Source: the human T2T-CHM13v2.0 reference genome, Homo sapiens. From it: a stretch of 64,000 nucleotides of DNA. The DNA is taken from the NCBI RefSeq assembly GCF_009914755.1, contig NC_060928.1. One strand, given 5' to 3'. Below are positions 55,942 through 64,000 of the stretch, one piece after another (the first letter of the stretch is position 1; every line of letters begins with the position of its first letter). The position numbers were made by a program, and so were the translations under genes. Under the pieces are notes generated by a model that was not told where the DNA came from, searched no databases, and worked only from the letters and a program-made list of their open reading frames with translations.

Positions 55942-56165
55942 ATACTAAAAGAGCAGCAGATTAGTTGCAACTCCCTTGCATGGGTCATAATGGATAAAAG
56001 ACCTGGCCTCAGACTGCAACCTGGCTGCATAAAATATGACTTACTGATCCTCCTAAAACATATTATTGACTGATTTTGTGATTCTGGAGATATAGTTGAG
56101 GTCAATACTGTGGGTTGGAATCCTACTGGTTGACAGTTTGTTAATTAAATGCTTTGTAACAAATT
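55942..56165 (+). pseudogene. Retroviral env TM remnant (ISD-like plus membrane-spanning segment)
   Basis: ILKEQQISCNSLAWVIMDKR (+1 frameshift) LASDCNLAA resembles SLA.VVMDNRLALDYLLA; downstream LRSILWVGILLVDSLLIKCF from 56096 is hydrophobic. Confidence 0.55.
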
Positions 56166-56554
56166 GAATTGGTTTGGTTGCAGCCTCTGCCAGTCAGATT
56201 AATCAGAGTGACCAATGGGGTAGTACATTCAAAAACTTGCTAGAAGCCAAGTCATATTAGGACCAAATGGTGGAGATGGTTGGGAGATATTCATAGGTCT
56301 TCTGCATTCCTTGACTTGCTGGATGTGCCAAGCAAACCCTGTCTGCTCTTTATCTCGGCCATTTCTCAGGGTTGCATTACTAAAGAGATAGATAGTGTTT
56401 TTCAGGGTTTTTCTCAGGAGTATTCGAGTTGTGTCCTTAAGGGTGACATTGAGGGATGAGGTAACATCTACCAACGGGACAAAGATAAGGCTTGCTTACT
56501 GATTGCTATTAAAGTGGTGGACGCTCCCCAGCTCAGAATTTCTGTCCTGTGCTA

Positions 56555-56634
56555 CTAGGTTGGTGCAAAAGTAATTGCAATCTCTGCCATTACTTTTGAT
56601 GAAAAAATCCACAGTTACTTTTGCACCAACCTAA
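56555..56634. mobile_element. MADE1 (80-bp Hsmar1 MITE)
   Basis: CTAGGTTGGTGCAAAAGTAATTGC...GTTACTTTTGCACCAACCTAA palindrome, 80 bp, flanked by TA at 56553-54 and 56635-36. Confidence 0.96.
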
Positions 56635-57565
56635 TACATTCCATCGTGTGTGCAGATTTTTTCTGGAACTTCATGTCACCTCCACTCCTACCCACGACTG
56701 TTGGATTTAGGGACAAAGAAAAGTGATACAAAATGCTGATGCTTGTGCGGCCTACTGTGCCTTAAATCATAACCTGTGTCTGACCCAGGAGTGTTGTTTC
56801 TTCTGGCAGTGTCTATGCGATAGTAACAGGCTAAATAATGAGCTGGTAAGTATAGAATAAATGCAAGTCCTAGACTCAACATGTAATACTAGACATGTTC
56901 TATAAAACTGGTTCTTTCCAATTCATCCATTAGTTGGTTTGCATATTAGATTCAATTTCTCCTTTAATTACTAGCATGCAAGAATGGACTAGGGTAATCA
57001 GTTCTTTGCTGATCTTTTAGGAAGAGTGTAAGGAAATACCTTAATTTGAGATTGGCTGATAAACTACAACTACTAGAAGCAGGTCTGAGTGGTTACTAGG
57101 AGTTAAGATTCATACCACCCAGAGAACTCAGTCTAGGGAAATAATGAATACCTATGTTTTCTGTTTGTTTTGTAAAGTATTTTCCAAGTTTCTTTTTAGG
57201 CTAGAAATCAGGTTTGTTTCCCTGGTTACAAAGACCAATTTACTTGGGCAATGGGCAAGGTAACTATCTTGACTCAGACTTTTAAAATAGAAAAAATAAA
57301 TTTTACATGTGCATGTGTTATTTAATAAGCTTTTGAAACAGCTCTTGCACATTATTAAGCTGACTTTTAAAATAGTACACGTGTTTTCCTTAAAATGGGA
57401 TTAAATATTACCAATAATATTGTCATTATTTGAATGTTTAAACCAGGAACTACATGTGTTACACATATATATTCTTTCACTTATTCTGTTAAAAGAATCT
57501 TACTAGATAGAAACTATTGCTTCCATATTTCAGAATATAAAATTCAAACTAGAAGGTTTATGCAA

Positions 57566-58631
57566 TGTTGTGGGAAGTCAGGGACCTCGAACAGAGGGAC
57601 TGGTTGAGCCGTGGCAGAGGAACATAAATCGTGAAGATTTCATGGACATTTATCAGTTCCCAAATAACACTTTTATATTTTCTTATGCCTGTCTTTACTT
57701 TAATCTCTTAATCCTGTTATCTTCATAAGCTGAGGATGTACGTCACCTCAGGACCACCGTGATAATTGTGTTAACTGTACAAATTGATTGTAAAACATGT
57801 GTGTTTGAACAATATGAAATCAGTGCACCTTGGAAAAGAACTATCCTGTTCTTTTTTAGAGAACAAAGGAAGACAACCATAAGGTCTGACTGTCTGCGGG
57901 GTCTGGCAAAAAGAGTCATATTTTTCTTCTTGCAGAGAGCCTATAAACGGACATGCAAGTAGGAGAGATATTGCTAAATTCTTTTCCTAGCAAGGAATAT
58001 TAATATCAATACCCTGGGAAAGGAATGCATTCCTAGGGGGTGGTCTATAAATGGCTGCCCTGGGAGTGTCAGTCTTATGCAGTTGAGATAAGGACTGAGA
58101 TATGCCCTGGTCTCCTGCAGTACCCTCAGTCTTATTAGGGTGGGGAAAAACTCCGCCCTGGTAAATCTGTGGTCAGACCGGTTCTCTGCTCTTGAACCCT
58201 GTTTTCTGTTGTTTAAGATGTTTATCAAGACAATACGTGCACTACTGAACATAGACCCTTATCAGTAGTTCTGCTTTTGCCCTTTGCCTTGTGATCTTTG
58301 TTGGACCCTTATCAGTGGTTCTGCTTTTTCCTTTTGTCCTGTTCCCTCAGAAGCATGTGATCTTTGTTCTGCTTTTTGCCCTTTGAAACATGTGATCTTT
58401 GTACCTACTCCCTGTTTTACACCCCCTCCCCTTTTGAAACCCTTAATAAAAAACTTGCTGGTTTGAGGCTCAGATGGGCATCATGGTCCTACTGATATGT
58501 GATGTCACCCCCAGTGGCCCAGCTGTAAGATTCCTCTCTTTGTACTCTTTCTCTTTATTTCTCCACCAGCCAACACTTATGGAAAATAGAAAGAACCTAC
58601 GTTGAAATATTGGGGGCAGGTCCCCCTGATA
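57566..58631 (+). mobile_element. MER11A solo LTR (HERV-K HML-8, ERV2)
   Basis: TGTTGTGGGAAGTCAGGGACC...AATAAA...GGGGGCAGGTCCCCCTGATA; internal GACCCTTATCAGT.GTTCTGCTTTT repeats; perfect 6-bp TSD ATGCAA. Confidence 0.95.
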
Positions 58632-59384
58632 ATGCAATTTGATGATAGTTCAGAGATAACATGTAGAAGATTTGTATTTAAAATTAAATATTCCTGATAT
58701 TAGGACCTTTTTCCTTTAATTTTTACTATATAGCTACTGATTTACTGAGGAATGTTATACAAAGCATGTACAGAACATAAAAAAATGTTAGAATAGGGCA
58801 AGAAAATCCTAACTCTCTTTCCTTCTTTCTCCAGTTGTCAACTCTAAAAGTGAGAGAAAAAGAGAAAGAAGATGAGAAGAGTCAGACATAGAGAAACAGA
58901 AAAGAGAGGAACTAAATGTGGGATGAAAAAGTTAAGCTCTATAAAATGTTACTTTTATTGCTTGAATGACAAGACAGTATGATTCACTTAATCAATCATT
59001 GATTTAATTTGTAGTTCCCTTTTATCACCTTTAATAAAAGAGGAAGTTTGAAAAATCATGTCAGAACACATCTAGAGAGCTGAGAAGTGATACATAATTT
59101 TTTACCATTGAAGACTTCCTCAGAATGTGAAAAAATATAATATTTTCAATAGATTCTAAAAATGAGAAAAATCATTTGACAGATAAAACTTTAAACGTCA
59201 AAAAGACAGAATTCCAAAAAAAATGTACGGGAAGGACTGAAACTGTCGAATTGTTCAACTTAGCATCAGGTTATGAACATGGGACCAAATCTTATATAAT
59301 CAAAGACACATTACTGAAACATGATATGTTTTCAATAATCTGTTACTACAGAAGATGGAGACTCTTTCAAAAATTAGCTAAAGG

Positions 59385-59552
59385 GGCTGGGCAGAATGGC
59401 TCATGCTTGCAATCACAGCACTGTGGGAGGCCTAGGTGGGAAGATCCCTTGAGTCCAGGAGTTCAAGGCTGCAGTGAGCTATGATCACATCAAATGCTTT
59501 CCAGCCTGAGTGACAGAGCAAGACACTGTCTCTAAAAATAAAAAGTAAAAAA
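59385..59552 (+). mobile_element. Free right Alu monomer (FRAM/FAM-like)
   Basis: Single monomer GGCTGGGCAG...CCAGGAGTTCAAGGCTGCAGTGAGCTATGATC...A-rich tail. Confidence 0.85.
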
Positions 59553-59591
59553 GATTAAATATATATATGTAAATAGTGTGTGAAAATATAT

Positions 59592-60179
59592 ATAGTATCA
59601 GTAAAGTCATTCTCAGGAAAGAGAAGCGTTTGTAGATATTTTAACAGAGATAATTTAAAGAATTGTTAACTAAGTACAAAGTTGTTTTCTAGGTACTGAA
59701 AAGGCCTAACTATGATAGAAGTAGCAACGGCAGAAAGCAGCTCCCATTTTTTTGAAAGACATTTGAATTACTAAATCTTGAGAGCTGGTGAAGGGGCAGT
59801 GTGGAACAGAAATTCAATATATCTGAAGACAAGACACAGCTGACTGGAGCTGGTACCAATGAGGTGCATGAACTGGTTGGCCCTGCAAGTGTTGAAAAAA
59901 TCGTAAAATGGACTTGATCCTTTATGAAGGAACTGCTGCTCAGAGTAAAGAAGAATTACTAGGTTATGCTCACAGGAACAGAGAACAGTCAGGAAGCAGC
60001 AGGAAGTGAGAGTAAGGAAGATGCCTCCTCTTTCTCTTGCAGTTTTGCAATCTCCTCCATGTGTGCCTCATGAGCAGAGTCTAACAGGGAGCCAGCCAAT
60101 AAAGCAGAAATCTTTCCAGAGTCTTAGCTGCAGCGTCACCAAGTAGATGCTGAGACAGTAGTAGCTGATATTGGACACA
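59592..60179 (-). mobile_element. Old ERVL LTR (LTR41-like)
   Basis: GAGTAAAGAAGAATTACTAGGTTATGCTCACAGGAAC...GCAGAGTCTAACAGGGAGCCAGC..AAAGCAGAAAT...GCTGAGACA...CACA; homologous to 62320-62826. Confidence 0.6.
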
Positions 60180-60580
60180 GTTCACCTCTTTAGCAACAGT
60201 GCATGCATCCTCACACTTTCCATACATATTTACATTTCCATACAACAACCATAATACCATGTTTCTGCCTAACAAGCCGCAACTATTATTCACAGCACAA
60301 AGACATTCTCCAAAATGAAGAGTCTCAAAATCCCAAGAATCATATTCATTTCTGATAAACATTCACATTATCCACCTCTGAGCTGTGTCAATTGTTTCAA
60401 AACTAAAGTAAAAATTCCATTTGCAGTAAACTCTGTGGGCTGGATTGGAGTAAGAGATGTTAGTATAAACTCATGTTAATTTTAATATGGCTACATACAG
60501 AAGTATAAATAGAAAAATAATTCTGGGTATGTATGTATGTAAGGGTATATATCTATCTGTATATCTATAGATAGATATAC

Positions 60581-60941
60581 TGTATTGGTCCATTTTCACA
60601 CTGCTATAAAGATACTCCTGGGATGGGCAACTTTTAAACAAATGAAGTTTAATTGCCTCAGTTACACATGGCTGGGGAGGCCTCAGGAAACCTTATGGCA
60701 GGAGGCAAAGAGGAAGCAACGCACGTCTTCACAAGGCAGCAGAAGAGAAAGAGAACGAAAGAGGAACTCCTGAACCCTTTTAAAACCATCAGCTCTGGTG
60801 AGAACTCACTCGCTATCATGAGTACAGTGTGGGGGAAACTGTCCCCATGATCCAGTCACCTCCCACCAGGTCCTCCCTTTACACATGGGGATTACAACTT
60901 GAGGTGAGATTTGGGTGCTGACACAGAGCCAAACAGTATCA
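60581..60941 (-). mobile_element. THE1D/MST-type MaLR solo LTR
   Basis: TGTATTGGTCCATTTTCACACTGCTATAAAG...GACACAGAGCCAAACAGTATCA; 5-bp TSD TATAC. Confidence 0.93.
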
Positions 60942-61099
60942 TATACTTTTACAAATATGTTGTACATGTATTTTATATGTTTATATATTTCACATATGTG
61001 TATTTTATATATTTAGTATAAGTATAAAAGGTATATGAATATATAAAACATCTAAATATTTTAGTATATATAAATATTAATATAAATATATAAGTATAT

Positions 61100-61860
61100 A
61101 AAATATACACATGTAAAGATAAACAATTACATAGAGCAATGAAACCTCAGTAGCAATGAGCTGACTCAAACACCAGATATTGGTTTCTAAATTGTATTCT
61201 TCAATGAGGAAATGGTATTCCTTGGAGAAACGGTTGATTTGGGTGAGACTGAGGCAGGAAAAACACAAGATGATTCTGGAGCATCTTGCAGTGCCACAAA
61301 ATAAGGCAGTACCAAAAAAAAAATTATAAAAGATGAGACATATCAAAAGGACCCAGGAGCCAACAAGAAAGGTTCATAATGACCAAAGATAGAACAATGT
61401 AAGCAACAATAATTTTAGTATTGGACTAAAACCTAAAGAGTAAAATAAATATGCATGAGTCAGAAAAGATATAAATAAATTATTGAATTAAAAAAAAGAG
61501 TGAAAGGGATAGACCTTTCTTTTAGAACACTTCCAAGTAATATAATATACACCCTTGCCTTCAGGATGTAAGTTTAATTTCTTTCCCTTGACTGCAGGCT
61601 GGATTTGTGGATTCACTTGCAAAGAAAAGATGAGAGAAAGAGGACCACAAATAACTTTACAGTGGAAAAAAGGGCAGATCTACCAAGAGATCAAGGCTGA
61701 CATCACAGGTGATAATTCATGTTGCTACCAAGTACCCCAGGGCACTGATGTGATGAGAAAACATATAATTTCTTTAGCATTCTTCTGAAATATTTAAATC
61801 CCCACTTTAATTATAAGACAACATCAGACAGATTTTACGAGAGAAACATACAAAATATCT
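61100..61860 (+). mobile_element. L1MC/L1MD 3' fragment
   Basis: AAACCTCAGTAGCAATGAGC...CCAGATATTGGTTTCTAAA...TTCCTTGGAGAAA...CTGGAGCATCTTG. Confidence 0.7.
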
Positions 61861-62089
61861 GAAGGTTACCCTTGAGCACCAAGACCTCCAAATGGTCAAA
61901 GCTCAAAGTTACAGGCATAGAAGCAAAAGGTCAGAACAGAATATTAGAAGTAATTGTCAGAGGAGCCATTCCTAGTTTCACCTCTTGATTGTTCAATATA
62001 AGGGCTAACCTATCCTTAAGAAACAGACACTTATTTGACAGATGACTTTAACTTAAAGATTCTCCAATGGCCTTATCATGCCTATCTTA

Positions 62090-62300
62090 GAATTTCAATG
62101 TAGTCTAAATGCGTCCTTCCAAACTACCTTCCTTCCGCCTCTCCTGCATTCAGGCTCAGACCTACATCATGGTTTGACAGCTCTACCAGCATCTCCCGGC
62201 TTCCTCCCCATTTGCTATCGCAAGTATTTTTCCCTAATAAATTTATTACACATCTAATTATGACTTGGTAACTGCTTCTCTCAGAATCTAGATTACCATA
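62090..62300 (+). mobile_element. LTR16-like ERVL LTR 3' part
   Basis: CAGACCTACATCATGGTTTGACAGCTCT...CCCTAATAAATTTATTACACATCTAAT...CTGCTTCTC. Confidence 0.5.
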
Positions 62301-62319
62301 AAATGAAGAGATTTACATA

Positions 62320-62826
62320 ATTAAAACTTAGAAGCTTTAAGGAGAGGCCACATGGAGTTGGAACTCAGACCTCTAAGGAAGAGATGCTGCTCGACTTATG
62401 ATGATGGCTCTGAGCTGAGAGGAGAAACCCCATGATGCTTCGACCTGTATCTCTAAGCAGGGGCAGAAGCACACAGGGAGTTGTATCTCAGGGGGCTTAT
62501 TGAGGCAGGTTCTGCAGGTGTGTGAAGAACTACGAACAGGATTTCACTGATGCTATGGGATGAATTTTTGCTGCCAGGGTGAAGAATTATTGCTAGAGTG
62601 ATATTCACAGAAAGAGAAAGGTGACAATAAGCCACCAGAAGGAAACATCAGGGACCTGCTCTCTCCTCCAGCCCCGTATCTCCCTCTTGCACTTGGTATA
62701 GACACAGCCTAAGACCATCTGGCAAAGCAGAAATATGGTTTGTAGAGTCCCTGTCCTCATGATTATAAAGCAGAGTATAGAAGGGTGAACTTGGAGTTGA
62801 GAAACAATAACTTAATAACAGGCACA
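62320..62826 (-). mobile_element. Old ERVL LTR (LTR41-like)
   Basis: GGCAAAGCAGAAATATGGTTTGTAGAGTCCC...AAAGCAGAGTATAGAAGGGTG...GAGAAACAATAACTTAATAACAGGCACA. Confidence 0.65.
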
Positions 62827-62898
62827 TGCACCCACACATCAAATGGATATGCTAGAGTAATTTGGATATGCCATCCATGTTGGACTTGATGTGTTCAG

Positions 62899-63216
62899 TT
62901 TTTGTTTTTTTTTTTTTTTTTTTTTTTGAGACGGCCTCACTCTGTCGCCCAGACTGGAGTACAGTGGCACAATCTCGGCTCACGGCAACCTCTGCCTCCC
63001 AGGTTCAAGCAGTTCTCAAGATTCTCCTGCCTCAGCCTCCTGAGTAGCTGGGATTAAAAACATGTGCCACCACGCCCTCCTAATTTTTGTAGTTTTAGTG
63101 GAGATGGAGTTTCACCACATTGGCCTGCCTGGTCCCGAACTCCTGACCTCAAGTGATCCACCCACCTCAGCCTTCCAAATTGTTGGGTTTACAGGCGTGA
63201 GCCACCACACCCAGCC
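62899..63216 (-). mobile_element. AluS (Sx/Sz-like)
   Basis: Antisense dimer with poly-T and a small internal insertion (CAGTTCTCAAGATTCTC); TSD TGTGTTCAG. Confidence 0.95.
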
Positions 63217-63649
63217 TGTGTTCAGCCTTGTATACTCATGTAAATGCTAGTCTTTATTTTTTATTTATCTACGCTCCTGTATAAATATAGTATATTATAT
63301 CATTTAGTACTTAAAAATTTCTGCCTCCGAAGGCATCATAGAGTTAAGCTTTTTCTATTGCCAGAATTTACATTCCTTGTTTTTTAAGAAATAGCAGCAG
63401 TTTTTTTTCCTGGGAAGTATATGTTGAATACAATGGCAATTCTAGAGAATAGTCACATTTTGCTTTTCTTAAGAGGTTGATGTTTTAAAATAATATTAAA
63501 CACAATGCCTGAAACATATTATGGGATTAATAAATGCATGCTATACAGATTAATAATATTATAGACATCCTATTTTGGTATGTAGCAAAATAATAATTCA
63601 AAATTACTAATATTTCTTAATTTTTACGATGTTCCACACACTGTACGAT

Positions 63650-63990
63650 GAATGACTTATTCTTTTAACTGATGTTGATTACATAGTTCAGTTTATTCAC
63701 TGCATATGCCACTGTGTTAGAATAGATAATATTGCAGACATGGTCTTTTGCCATTTTATAGCATATAGTTTCCAAGGAAAGAAATCCATTAAACAACTGC
63801 TCTAAAATTAAGTTCAAATATTTTCACTGAAGGAAGGGATGGGGCCAAAAGGAAAACTAGTGGAATATTACACAATCTGGAATGTATGAGGATATTATTT
63901 GAGGAAATTGAAATTTACTCCGGGACCTGAAGGGGGAGTAGTTTTGGTTAGGGAAAGGAGAAGAAATGAAGATAAAGATATTGCCAAAGA
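63650..63990 (-). mobile_element. L2 fragment
   Basis: TTTATTCACTGCATATGCCACTGTGTTAG...CAGACATGGTCTTTTGCC...GACCTGAAGG. Confidence 0.5.
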
Positions 63991-64000
63991 AATGGAGCAG

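Larger units (their letters stand above)
49268..56881 (+). mobile_element. Degenerate class III (ERVL-type) provirus with two LTRs (MER73/MER74/LTR53-group-like)
   Basis: Homologous LTRs at ~49268-49715 and ~56277-56881 share ATGTGCCAA..ACCCTG, GGATTTAGGGACAA and TGTCTCTGATCCAAGAGT/TGTGTCTGACCCAGGAGT; PBS-like 49716-49735; RT and env remnants inside. Confidence 0.75.

Noticed and set aside
58254-58402. Internal repeats GACCCTTATCAGT.GTTCTGCTTTT / TGTGATCTTTGT as a novel array
   Set aside because: A normal part of the MER11 LTR structure

Overview
Primate, almost certainly human, AT-rich genomic DNA. An AluYa5 carrying all five diagnostic substitutions points to human. The window is intronic or intergenic and dominated by interspersed repeats: Alu, MIR, L1M, L2, Tigger/MER DNA transposons, a full-length Hsmar1, a MADE1 and about 20 LTRs, most of them packed into 43.5-63 kb. 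I recognise no host protein-coding exon, tRNA, rRNA or CRISPR array. The ORF-track entries that I can assign are repeat-derived (Hsmar1 transposase, L1 ORF1, Alu, THE1), and the rest look like chance ORFs. The most notable structures are: (1) an ancient two-LTR class III (ERVL-type) provirus at ~49.3-56.9 kb with a tRNA-Ser-like PBS, an RT YxDD remnant, an env immunosuppressive-domain/TM remnant and five nested insertions; (2) a full-length Hsmar1 plus a MADE1, giving four candidate SETMAR sites; (3) an AluYa5 nested in an AluJ; (4) perfect DUX4 motifs in an MLT2A and a THE1A LTR; (5) a candidate 48-nt minus-strand micro-exon; (6) a diverged ~100-bp local duplication. Subfamily names come from recalled consensus sequences, not from a database search. 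Boundaries without TSDs are approximate. I see no convincing evidence of a wholly new biological system.
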